From: Tubiluchus corallicola
Lineage: Eukaryota; Animalia; Priapulida
DNA length: 50,180 nt
Assembly (NCBI GenBank): GCA_030141605.1
Contig: JAQGDQ010001276.1
Coordinates: forward strand, 1 to 50,180
Direction: 5' to 3'
Of the stretch, positions 12,610-23,925 are shown in pieces. Positions within the stretch are counted from its first letter, which is position 1; the number at the start of each line of letters is the position of its first letter. Both the position numbers and the translations under genes were made by a program. A model generated the notes under the pieces. It did not search any database and was not told where the DNA came from. It worked only from the letters and a program-made list of their open reading frames with translations.

Positions 12610-15314
12610 GTGTGCTACATGTCACCTCGAAAACAATGTTTAAATGATGACAGTAGATTTCTTGTTTAAGGGACAGAAACTTCAGTGGCTGGGAGTGGAG
12701 ATACTAGGGGTTAGTGTGCTACATGTCACCTCGAAAACAATGTTTAAATGATGACAGTAGATTTCTTGTTTAAGCGACAGAAACTTCAGTGGTTGGGAGT
12801 GTAGATACTAGGGGTTAGTGTGCTACATGTCACCTCGAAAACAATGTTTAAATGATGACAGTAGATTTCTTGTTTAAGTGACGGAAACTTCAGTGGTTGG
12901 GAGTGGAGATACTAGGGGTTACTGTGCTACATGTCACCTGGAAAACAATGTTTAAATGATGACAGTAGATTTCTTGTTTAAGGGACAGAAACTTCAGTGG
13001 TTGGGAGTGGAGATACTAGGGGTTAGCATGCTACATGTCACCTGGAAAACAATGTTTAAATGATGACAGTAGATTTCTTGTTTAAGGGACAGAAACTTCA
13101 GTGGCTGGGAGTGGAGATACTAGGGGTTAGTGTGCTACATGTCACCTGGAAAACAATGTTTAAATGATGACAGTAGATTTCTTGTTTAAGCAACAGAAAC
13201 TTCAGTGGTTGGGAGTGGAGATACTAGGGGTTAGCGTGCTACATGTCACCTGGAAAACAATGTTTAAATGATGACAGTAGATTTCTTGTTTAAGTGACAG
13301 AAACTTCAGTGGTTGGGAGTGGAGATACTAGGGGTTAGCGTGCTACATGTCACCTGGAAAACAATGTTTAAATGATGACAGTAGATTTCTTGTTTAAGGG
13401 ACAGAAACTTCAGTGGTTGGGAGTGGAGATACTAGGGGTTAGTGTGCTACATGTCACCTCGAAAACAATGTTTAAATGATGATAGTAGATTTCTTGTTTA
13501 AGTGACAGAAACTTCAGTGGTTGGGAGTGGAGATACTAGGGGTTAGTGTGCTACATGTCACCTGGAAAACAATGTTTAAATGATGACAGTAGATTTCTTG
13601 TTTAAGCGCCAGAAGCTTCAGTGGTTGGGAGTGGAGATACCAGGGGTTAGTGTGCTACATGTCACCTGGAAAACATTGTTTAAATGATGACAGTAGATTT
13701 CTTGTTTAAGGGACAGAAACTTCAGTGGTTGGGAGTGGAGATACTAGGGGTTAGCATGCTACATGTCACCTCGAAAACAATGTTTAAATGATGACAGTAG
13801 ATTTCTTGTTTAAGTGACAGAAACTTCAGTGGTTGGGAGTGGAGATACTAGGGGTTAGTGTGCTACATGTCACCTGGAAAACAACGTTTAAATGATGACA
13901 GTAGATTTCTTGTTTAAGGGACAGAAACTTCAGTGGCTGGGAGTGGAGATACTAGGGGTTAGTGTGCTACATGTCACCTGGAAAACAATGTTTAAATGAT
14001 GACAGTAGATTTCTTGTTTAAGCGACAGAAACTTCAGTGGCTGGGAGTGGAGATACTAGGGGTTAGTGTGCTACATGTCACCTCGAAAACAATGTTTAAA
14101 TGATGACAGTAGATTTCTTGTTTAAGGGACAGAAACTTCAGTGGTTGGGAGTGGAGATACTAGGGGTTAGCATGCTACATGTCACCTGGAAAACAATGTT
14201 TAAATGATGACAGTAGATTTCTTGTTTAAGGGACAGAAACTTCAGTGGCAGGGAGTGGAGATACTAGGGGTTAGCATGCTACATGTCACCTCGAAAACAT
14301 TGTTTAAATGATGACAGTAGATTTCTTGTTTAAGGGACAGAAACTTCAGTGGTTGGGAGTGGAGATACTAGGGGTTAGCATGCTACATGTCACCTGGAAA
14401 ACAATGTTTAAATGATGACAGTAGATTTCTTGTTTAAGGGACAGAAACTTCAGTGGCAGGGAGTGGAGATACTAGGGGTTAGCATGCTACATGTCACCTC
14501 AAAAACAATGTTTAAATGATGACAGTAGATTTCTTGTTTAAGTGACAGAAACTTCAGTGGTTGGGAGTGGAGATACTAGGGGTTAGCATGCTACATGTCA
14601 CCTGGAAAACAATGTTTAAATGATGACAGTAGATTTCTTGTTTAAGCAACAGAAACTTCAGTGGTTGGGAGTGGAGATACCAGGGGTTAGTGTGCTACAT
14701 GTCACCTGGAAAACAATGTTTAAATGATGACAGTAGATTTCTTGTTTAAGGGACAGAAACTTCAGTGGTTGGGAGTGGAGATACTAGGGGTTAGTGTGCT
14801 ACATGTCACCTGGAAAACAATGTTAAATGATGACAGTAGATTTCTTGTTTAAGGGACAGAAACTTCAGTGGTTGGGAGTGGAGATACTAGGGGTTAGCAT
14901 GCTACATGTCACCTGGAAAACAATGTTTAAATGATGACAGTAGATTTCTTGTTTAAGGGACAGAAACTTCAGTGGCTGGGAGTGGAGATACTAGGGGTTA
15001 GTGTGCTACATGTCACCTGGAAAACAATGTTTAAATGATGACAGTAGATTTCTTGTTTAAGCAACAGAAACTTCAGTGGTTGGGAGTGGAGATACTAGGG
15101 GTTAGCGTGCTACATGTCACCTCGAAAACAATGTTTAAATGATGACAGTAGATTTCTTGTTTAAGGGACAGAAACTTCAGTGGTTGGGAGTGGAGATACT
15201 AGGGCTTAGCATGCTACATGTCACCTCGAAAACAATGTTTAAATGATGACAGTAGATTTCTTGTTTAAGGGACAGAAACTTCAGTGGTTGGGAGTGGAGA
15301 TACCAGGGGTTAGC
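12610..15314. repeat. 104-bp minisatellite, 26 copies
   Basis: Unit gtgtgctacatgtcacct...gatttcttgtttaagggacagaaacttcagtggttgggagtggagatactaggggtta. Confidence 0.98.
15270..15308 (+). CDS. Candidate 39-nt microexon (phase 2-2) DRNFSGWEWRYQG, in the last unit of the 104-bp array
   Basis: ttcttgtttaag|G GAC AGA AAC TTC AGT GGT TGG GAG TGG AGA TAC CAG GG|gttagc. In phase with the exon at 15895. Splice sites are only moderate. Confidence 0.4.
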
Positions 15315-15344
15315 GAGTTTTTTAAGTTCGAATTCGATTGGATG

Positions 15345-15473
15345 CTACACTATACTATACTATGCTATACTATGCTATGCTATGCTATACTATGCTATGC
15401 TATGCTATGCTATGCTATGCTATGCTATGCTATGCTATACTATACTATACTATACTGTACTATACTATACTAT
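15345..15473. repeat. Pentanucleotide microsatellite (TATGC/TATAC)n
   Basis: Directly visible. Mirror at ~34583-34711. Confidence 0.95.
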
Positions 15474-15894
15474 AAACAAGTTATTAGTGGATTTACTGCA
15501 GAACAAAATTGAGTAATATGCATGATCTTTGTAAGATCAGTTTTTATTGGTGGTCCGAAAAGCAGTTCGAAAATCTTTCACTCGCAGTTTGAATTTGAAA
15601 TATGAAATGCATATAATACATACGTATATATTTACATACATACACACGTACATACATACACGCACGCACTCACGCACGCGCACACACACACAACACACAT
15701 GTTATACAAATAAACAGTAAAATACATAAGAAACGTAAGACAAAGTTGTCAATCATTTATCGCGATATACACATTACACGTACGACAGTAGTTTGCTAAA
15801 AGCATATAATATATAATATTAATAATATATTATATATAATTATGATTTTCTCAGTTAATTATGATAACTTAAATAAAACATCAAATTTTTTCAG

Positions 15895-16578
15895 GGTCCG
15901 TAACCGTGCGGTTGGACCGATTGAGAACGGCAATTATGAACATGTGCCTCGGCCCGGACTTCTCCATCCACAGTTACACGATAAACTGATGGCAGATTTT
16001 GAAAATCATCGCAAAGGGTTGCTTAGCAACTCTAATAGTACAGAAGAGCTACAACAACAACAGCAGCAGCAGCAACGACGACAGCACCAGCAGCAGCAAC
16101 CACTGCTTCAGCAGCGGCATCGACAAAACAGCGGAAACGGCAAGTCGGGTGGTCATCATCGACGAGAAACGAGACCGGAATCTCATCATTGTCATCATCA
16201 TCATCAACAGAAGTCGCCCACGCACGATGATGATGCAGGCAGTAAGCAGCCGGAGAAACGACAGGCTCTTCTTCCGCCAAAGAAAAAACTGAACAAGAAT
16301 TCATCGCAGCAGAAAAAGCTTACGGCGTTTGAGCAATACCGTAACAACATGAACCAGAGGGAGCCACTGCACCAGAGGGAGCCACTGCACCAGAAGGAGC
16401 CACTGCACAATACTAACGCTGATCTGAAGCGGAAAGATGTACAGATGAACGCGTCAACGCGCTCAGAATCTGTCGACAAACCAACGAGAGCGAAGAGTCC
16501 TGAAACGTTTGTGGGATTCCTTCCTGAAAATGACTCGGATGTTGATAATGGTGGACCTGTTCATTTGTACCAACATGG
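15895..16578 (+). CDS. Internal coding exon (684 nt, phase 2-2) of a class III myosin-like tail; Gln/His-rich low-complexity region
   Basis: ttttttcag|G acceptor and GG|gtaagt donor. Open frame VRNRAVGPIENGNYEHVPRPGLLHPQ...GPVHLYQHG. GC is higher than in the flanks, and the phase matches the next exon. Confidence 0.85.
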
Positions 16579-17156
16579 GTAAGTTCATTAGTCTTGTATT
16601 GTTCAGTGGACCTGTTCATTTGTACCAACATGGGTAAGTTCATTAGTCTTGTATTGTTCAGTGGACCTGTTCATTTGTACCAACATGGGTAAGTTCATTA
16701 GTCATGCATTGTTTAGTGGACCTGTTCATTTGTACCAACATGGGTAAGTTCATTAGTCTTGTATTGTTCAGTGGACCTGTTCATTTGTACCAACATGGGT
16801 AAGTTCATTAGTCATGCATTGTTTAGTGGACCTGTTCATTTGTACCAACATGGGTAAGTTCATTAGTCTTGTATTGTTCAGTGGACCTGTTCATTTGTAC
16901 CAACATGGGTAAGTTCATTAGTCTTGTGTTGTTTAGTGGACCTGTTCATTTGTACCAACATGGGTAAGTTCATTAGTCATGCATTGTTTAGTGGACCTGT
17001 TCATTTGTACCAGCATGGGTAAGTTCATTAGTCTTGCATTGTTTAGTGGACCTGTTCATTTGTACCAACATGGGTAAGTTCATTAGTCTTGCATTGTTTA
17101 GTGGACCTGTTCATTTGTACCAACATGGGTAAGTTCATTAGTCTTGTGTTGTTTAG
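16551..17156. repeat. 55-bp minisatellite, 11 copies, spanning an exon end and splice donor
   Basis: Unit gtggacctgttcatttgtaccaacatgg|gtaagttcattagtcttgtattgttca. The first unit lies partly in the exon. Confidence 0.97.
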
Positions 17157-17189
17157 ACCAGTATCCATTGTGGTTAATCTTCCAATGAC

Positions 17190-17615
17190 TGCATTACATT
17201 ATGTTATGTTGTTATGTTACGTTAAGTTATGCTGTGCTATGTTACACTATGTTATGTTATGTTATGCTATGCTATGTTATATTATGCTATGCTGTGTTTC
17301 ACTATACTATGTTATGTTGTTACGTTACGTTATGCTATGCTATGTTATATTATGCTATACTATGTTACACTCATGTTATGTTATGTTATGTTATGTTTGC
17401 TATGCTATGCTATGTTACACTATGTTATGTTATGTATGTTATGTTACGTTACATTACGTTATGTTATATTATGCTATGCTGTGTACACTATACAATGTTA
17501 GGTTATGTTACATTACGTTATTTTATTTTCTGTTATATTATGCTGTACTATGTTACACTATACTATATCATGTTGTGCTACATTATGCTGTGTTACGTTA
17601 CGGTATGTTATGTAG
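17190..17615. repeat. Degenerate (GTTAT/GCTAT/GTTAC)n pentanucleotide tract, intronic
   Basis: Directly visible. Mirror at ~32440-32865. Confidence 0.92.
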
Positions 17616-17706
17616 TATAATCAATAAATGAAAGAACAATGTGTAGTATCTAGTGTGTCGGTCTACACGTATTAATTTAATATTCATATACTCTGCTTTG
17701 TTTCAG

Positions 17707-17859
17707 ATCTCCTTATCCTCAGAAAGAAGTTCCGGCACTTTCTCCGCCGCCTCCACCGCGAGCACTTAGGCGGATGTACGGCTCCATGAAGAAGGATAAA
17801 CCGGATGTGATTAATGCTAATAATAATGCTGACGATAACGATGCTAAAAAAGATCTCAA
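17707..17859 (+). CDS. Internal coding exon (153 nt, phase 2-2), proline-rich: SPYPQKEVPALSPPPPPRALRRMYGSMKKDKPDVINANNNADDNDAKKDL
   Basis: ctttgtttcag| acceptor and AA|gtaagt donor. In frame with both neighbouring exons. Not in the ORF track. Confidence 0.88.
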
Positions 17860-17915
17860 GTAAGTAGAGTGAAAGTTGCATTGCTGGGTATTCTGATGTG
17901 CAATATCTTTGTACT

Positions 17916-18535
17916 TGTTATTTTATGTTATGTTATGTAATGCTGTGCTGTGCTGTGTTGTTGTTATGCTGTGCTATGATGTTATGTTATGCTACGTTAT
18001 GTTGTGTTATGTTATGTCATGCTACGTTACGTTATTTTATGTTATGTTACGTTATGTTATGTCATGTTACGTTATTTTACGTTATGTTATGTCATGTCAT
18101 GCTACGTTACGTTATTTTATGTTATGTCATGTTATGTTACGTTATGTTATGTCATGTTATGCTACGTTATGTAATGCTATGCTGTGCTATGATGTTATGT
18201 TATGCTATGTTATGTTGTGTTATGTTATGTCATGTCATGCTACGTTACGTTATTTTATGTTACGTTATGTTATGTTACATTATGTTATGTTATGATATTA
18301 CGTTATGTCATGTCATGCTACGTTACGTTATTTTATGTTATGTTACGTTATGTTATGTCACGTTATGCTACGTTATGTTATGCAATGCTGTGCTGTGCTA
18401 TGATGTTATGTTATGTTATGTTGTGTTATGTTATGTCATGTTATGCTACATTGCATTATGTTATGTCATGCTACATTACATTATGTTATGTTACGTTACG
18501 TTATGTTATGTTACGCATTACATTATGTTACATGT
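17916..18535. repeat. Degenerate (GTTAT)n pentanucleotide tract, intronic
   Basis: Directly visible. Mirror at ~31520-32139. Confidence 0.92.
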
Positions 18536-18681
18536 CATCCTAGCATTGGTATAGATTTGACCCATATTAAACACAACTGATCTATTTTAAACAGTTTTCA
18601 GCTTCCTCAGTCTTACTTGATAAACTTGTATGTAAAAAAGTTTAGTGAAAGGGTTAAATGAAGCTGCATTACTTTCTACAG

Positions 18682-18850
18682 GTACGACTTCAGGGCTTTT
18701 CTGAGAAAGACGACCTTTGACCTTGGCAAAAAGACGCTACGTAAGCACATAGAATACCAGCCTGAACAGATTGACTTCCGTGTGGTGTTGAGGAAACACA
18801 GTCATCGTCGACAGGCTAAACCTGAGATATTTGTGCCTGATGCGTCTTAA
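18682..18850 (+). CDS. Terminal coding exon: (K)YDFRAFLRKTTFDLGKKTLRKHIEYQPEQIDFRVVLRKHSHRRQAKPEIFVPDAS*; two DFRxxL motifs, myosin IIIA THDII-like
   Basis: actttctacag| acceptor, phase 2, TAA at 18848-18850. YDFRxxLRKT resembles the C-terminal actin-binding tail homology domain II of myosin IIIA. The family call rests on this motif only; no motor or kinase exons were seen. Confidence 0.85.
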
Positions 18851-19020
18851 GCTTTGCTTTACCAGTGGTTGTAACAAGACGCTCCGCAAGCACATAGAAT
18901 ACCAGCCTGAACAGATTGACTTCCGTGTGGTATTGAGGAAACACAGTCATCGTCGACAAGCTAAACCTGAGATATTTGTGCCTGATGCGTCATAAGCTTT
19001 GCTTTACCAGTGGCTGTAAC
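18731..19020 (+). repeat. 145-bp tandem duplication (2 copies) of the end of the terminal exon plus the start of the 3' UTR
   Basis: aagacgct...gtaac starts at 18731 and again at 18876. Mirror at about 31035-31324. Confidence 0.95.
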
Positions 19021-19470
19021 AGTGCAAAATCATCTAGTAAGCCGCCAAATTAAAATGATTTTGTTCTACATCTGGTTCATTCAATGTTTGTTTATTTATA
19101 ACATAGTATTTGTTTAGTTTGTGCTTGTATATACTTACGTAAACAAGTTTTTTAAATGTAAAAAGCTTAAAAGAAACCAGAATAACAGCAACACTAAGCT
19201 GTAATTTTCCTTTAACCGAATCTCACATTTAGAGAGACATAATGGTTTTCACGCCTGATTTTATTTATTCTTCTTTCTCTTTTTTTTGATAAATATCTGA
19301 TTCTATGAGTCTCTGCTATTATTTCCTTATGGTACAAATTCCATAGTTATCTGTGTAATATACACGAGTATGTTGTAATTACATAGTAAGTAAAATATCA
19401 GGTCGTAATAAGAAACATACAATAGTAATTCATAGCATCGTATGAAAAAATTGGCATTTTCTGTATTTAA

Positions 19471-20011
19471 AGGAAAACTGGACTATTAATTAGACTCAAT
19501 CTCATTTTAATTTTCTGTCAAAAATGTACATTCTCTTGCGTTTAAAAGTTAGCAATTGTTTCTTATATTTGAATAATTACCTTGAAAAGTTAATTAATGG
19601 CAACCGAACACAGCTATCGCTTGCGTCACAAATTAACCAGAGTTGGGTGCAAAGGTGGGCATCTTCCCTGCACGTCAAGCACGTTTGCGTAAGCGAAGAT
19701 TGCTATAAGACACAGATGTGATGTCACGAAAATGGGCTCTACATCACACTGACATCACAAACGAACACTGTAGTTCATGGTTAATGCTTATCACCGTACA
19801 GTGCCTACTTGTCGGCCACGCGAATGTGACAAAAAGGCGCCATTACAAGTCTTAGTAGATTCACTGAACTTTGAAAATTTAACAAAATTTAACTATCTGA
19901 GGTAATTATTATTTAATCTAAGCTTTGACTTAAAAAAAACTGATGTAGTTTTCAATATTTTAGAGCATGCTTTATTTTGAACTAATGTCTACATAATCGT
20001 CTAGTTTTCCT
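19471..20011. mobile_element. TTAA-flanked MITE with AGG termini (Kolobok/T2-MITE-like), ~540 bp
   Basis: TTAA|AGGAAAACTGGAC ... GTCTAGTTTTCCT|TTAA, a 13-bp TIR with 1 mismatch. Further diverged copies lie in the spacer. Confidence 0.75.
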
Positions 20012-22863
20012 TTAATTGTGGTGAACGATTGTTTCAAATAAGAAGCATTAGCGTTACACTTTTTAACACACAGTTTTGTCTCACATAATATTCTACATAT
20101 TTCAGCAATAGAGATGACAATATTCATCAGTATTGCTTTACATACATATATAAGTTACTTATATTGCCAAATGAGAATTATAAAAAATGTTAGTACATTT
20201 GTTACTAATAATTTGTGTTAATGATATGGACAGAATCAATTCTTTGTATAATAAGAGAATGTTGCATTTAATGAAGAAAAAATTAATTCTGATTTTAACA
20301 AAAATAATGTAGAAAAAATGCAGAGTTGGGATTTGAACCCTAAGCTTTGTGCTGCTGTTATTTACTATAGCAAATAGTGTCACAAACACATTAATACCAT
20401 TCTAACGTGTATTAATATATTGTAGCATTTTGTTTAGTATATCCAAAGTTAATTGTTTTATATATTGTTATATATGTGTACGTATAATTGTTATATATGT
20501 GTATGTATAATTGTTATATATGTACGCAAATTGTTTATTTTCATAAAATGGTGATAAAATTATTTAGGCACGTTGGATTATATGATCACTTCTGTTCTAT
20601 TTATAGTAATAATTCTTTTATTCCTTTATCTATCCTAATTTTATTGCATACAGTAATATATACGTAGTTATAATTCTTACATACTACTGTGCAACTATTT
20701 ATTTATTCTTATTTAATATTATTTATATTTACTTCTCATGTTTGTTATTCCAACAATCTTATTCCATTTTAATTCAAACCTATTTTACTGCATTTTCACT
20801 ACAATGTTAAGTATTTTTACTAATGCTACATTTAGGTATGAAAGTCGTTTATATTTGTGTAACCTTAAGTGCTTAAATATCACTTACTCATTAGATTGGC
20901 CTAAGTACTTGTTTAACTATGGTATACATAAGTATAATTAAACTTTTTCTATAGTTAATTGTAAATAATGACACGTTACAGCTGCTTTAAGTTGCTATGA
21001 AAAAAGTGATTGGTATTTTTTTGCACTTTGTAAGTTGAATGATTATGGAAATAAAATACAACATAGTTAAAAAAATTGTTCGCTTGTTGTACGTGGGATG
21101 TATCGATTTTTATTTGTCTCACCAGCTGTATAGTGACAGTAAACCTTTTCACAGTTCCAGCAATTGATGATGATCGTGAAAAGGTCAAAGGTTAAGTGTA
21201 CTCAGTTGTGTACACTTGACAACGCCTCGCAGCCCATGCTGTTGCAATAGTAACAGTTTTAACAGCTAGAACCTTACCTAGTTCATTTTTTCTTATTTAC
21301 AAGCAAGATCCTGCTAGTAAATCACTCTACGCACAGACTAATGCATAATTAAGTACAGTCCATGTAAAACAACCGAAGTTACTAAACTGATGCTGCAGAC
21401 AGTTTTGCTTTACCCACATGTCACGTGACAGTTGTAGTTAAGACGTGGTGTGCTTAACCCTTGACCCACATTGAACTGCGCATGCGCATAGCGAAACTGT
21501 GAAAAGGCTTATTATTACCTATGTGAAAGATACCACACTACAAACACTTGCGCAACCAGCTTAGTTTTAAGCGGGACACAAATATATGTAACTAATGATA
21601 ACCTGCTGTTAATACACCACAAGTAATTATGCATGACTGTTTATATATAAACAACCTTAAATCCTTGTCCACGTAAAACAACTGAAGTTGATGCAGCAGA
21701 CGGCTTAGCTATACCCACACGTCACGTGATGTCATATTATGACACGTGTATATACATGACATAAGATCGTTAATAATAATAATACATGACATTATTTTTT
21801 ATTTACTAACCGTATAATGAAAGTAGGCCTTTTAGAAGACCTAATTTTATAATAATAATAATAATTACTCAAAACCTAGAATGAATGCCAGATTTTGCTT
21901 CGATTTAAATAATTTGATTCTTATTAAATAACAAATAAAAAACCAGCAAGAGTGGCTACCTTCTTACGTTGAAACGTCAGCATAAGAAACTTGGACAGTT
22001 GTTATTTCTTTCATTCTGTGAAAATTCAACATTTCTAAATGAGAGTGTCTGATTGGCAGTTTTGTAATGAATTAAGTTTAAATTTAATTATTATGTTATT
22101 ATTGCGTTAATTATTAAATTTAATTAAGGTTAAATATTTAATTAGTTGTACTAATTAAAAAGAAAATTTGTGTTCAAAATGGAAACTAAAACCAGTCTCT
22201 TGGTATTGGAAGCGAACAGCATGAAAAAACGAAATTTTTAACTTATTTTACATTTGAGGTGAAAATTTACAATTTTAAATCTGCTTTTATCGATAAGTTA
22301 TTGGCTGCTTAATTTTCAGACGTAGGCAGTAGAGGAAATTAAAGGAAAGATCAACGCTTCTGGGAGGTTAGGCTTATTTCAATGTTCACGAAAAATGATA
22401 GAAGGTTTTAGCTATAAAACTGTAAGAGGCGTCTCGCGTAACTAGTAAAATCACTTTAAAGATCACTTCATGCAATGACGTCATTCGTTTCCTGCTCCTA
22501 TTTTCAATGCCATTCTCTTCTTCCAATGACGTCATTCGTCTTGATAAAAGTAGCTCACTGTCAATCTTCATCAAAAGTTTTTACAAAACATTAGATAGCT
22601 AATTTTTAATATTTTTGCATCAACATGAGGTAAGCTGTAGAAATTTGAATTAGTTTAAGCAACGGGCGCTTACGGAAAGCCACGACGCACTTATGGAAAG
22701 TCACGACGAGTTTGCGAAAAGTCACGAAGTCTCTCTGTTACGTCACGATTTTCAACTGAATGGCGGCAACCACCACGGCTGAAAATTTCTATTCAGAGGT
22801 AGAATATTTTAAATTTATGCTTTATAGGCAGTTCTTTGCAAATTTCTTTGTTATATTTTTCTA

Positions 22864-23507
22864 AGTTTAAGTGATAACAGTAAAATAAACCCAACATACT
22901 GAGTGACTTGTCCTTTCCTTTAGCACACCACAAACAGTTTAAGTGAAAACAGTAAAACAAACCCACCATACAGAATGACTTGTCCTTTCCTTTAGCACAC
23001 CACAAACAGTTTAAGTGTAAACAGTAAAATAAACCCACCATACAGAATGACTTGTCCTTTCCTTTAGCACACCACAAGCAGTTTAAGTAATAACAGTAAA
23101 ATAAACCCACTATACAGAATGACCTGTCCTTTCCTTTAGCACACCACAAGCAGTTTAAGCAATAACAGTAAAATAAACCCACTATACAGAATGACTTGTC
23201 CTTTCCTTTAGTACACCACAAACAGTTTAAGTGATAACAGTAAAATAAACCCACTATACAGAATGACCTGTCCTTTCCTTTAGCACACCACAAACAGTTT
23301 AAGTAATAACAGTAAAATAAACCCAACATACTGAGTGACTTGTTCTTTCCTTTAGCGCACCACAAACAGTTTAAGTAATAACAGTAAAATAAACCCACTA
23401 TACAGAATGACCTGTCCTTTCCTTTAGCACACCACAAACAGTTTAAGTGATAACAGTAAAATAAACCCACCATACAGAATGACTTGTCCTTTCCTTTAGC
23501 ACACCAC
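22864..23507. repeat. 72-bp minisatellite, ~9 copies, at the inner end of the left arm
   Basis: 24-aa periodicity in ORF 22793..23473. Confidence 0.97.
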
Positions 23508-23508
23508 C

Positions 23509-23554
23509 AGCAATACGTAACTACTCAATGTACTTCGTTCAGTTACGTATTGCT
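23509..23554. other. Small hairpin at the arm/spacer junction (perfect 14-bp stem, 18-nt loop)
   Basis: agcaatacgtaact (23509-23522) and agttacgtattgct (23541-23554). Confidence 0.9.
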
Positions 23555-23925
23555 ATAAACCCACCATACAGAATGCGTTGTTCTTTCCATTAATGTAATA
23601 AGAAAGGGGATAACATAAGTTAGTTTTACACATTTTAGACATTATAACCATCAATTACACTCAAAGAAAATATATTTAGGCTCTAGTATAACTCATTTAA
23701 GTCATAAAACCCAAGGTTTGAGTTAACGTGTAAATCCGTCCTAAATCATGTAACGCGTCGTCGGCTCTTTTACTAAGAGGAAACTCTAAGTGCATAGCGG
23801 TAACCCCCTTTAATGTATAACAACAGTTTTAGCCTAAATACAGGAAATGTGGGTTTTAAAGACAACTTAAAACTATTTAATTAACATTCTACGACTCAAC
23901 AAGTCATTTCGTTGCCTGAGGCTTA

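Larger units (their letters stand above)
1..23507 (+). repeat. Left arm of giant inverted repeat (palindrome)
   Basis: Base 1 onward (gcttaaatttgtcagaaatg) is the reverse complement of the last bases of the window. ORFs are mirrored (904..1140+/49034..49270-; 15842..16582+/33473..34213-). Colinearity stops after ...gcacaccac at 23507. Confidence 0.98.

Noticed and set aside
12610-15314. CRISPR array, or telomere-like repeat (taggggttag)
   Set aside because: Units are near-identical along their whole length with no unique spacers and no cas genes. There is only one imperfect telomere-like word per unit.
15842-15894. ATG at 15842 as the start of a stand-alone 246-aa protein
   Set aside because: The first 53 nt are AT-rich and end in a strong acceptor. 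The ORF's stop lies inside the gtaag donor, so this is an internal exon.
17089-18554. MLCYV-rich ORFs (and mirrors 31501-32966)
   Set aside because: Translations of intronic pentanucleotide repeats.
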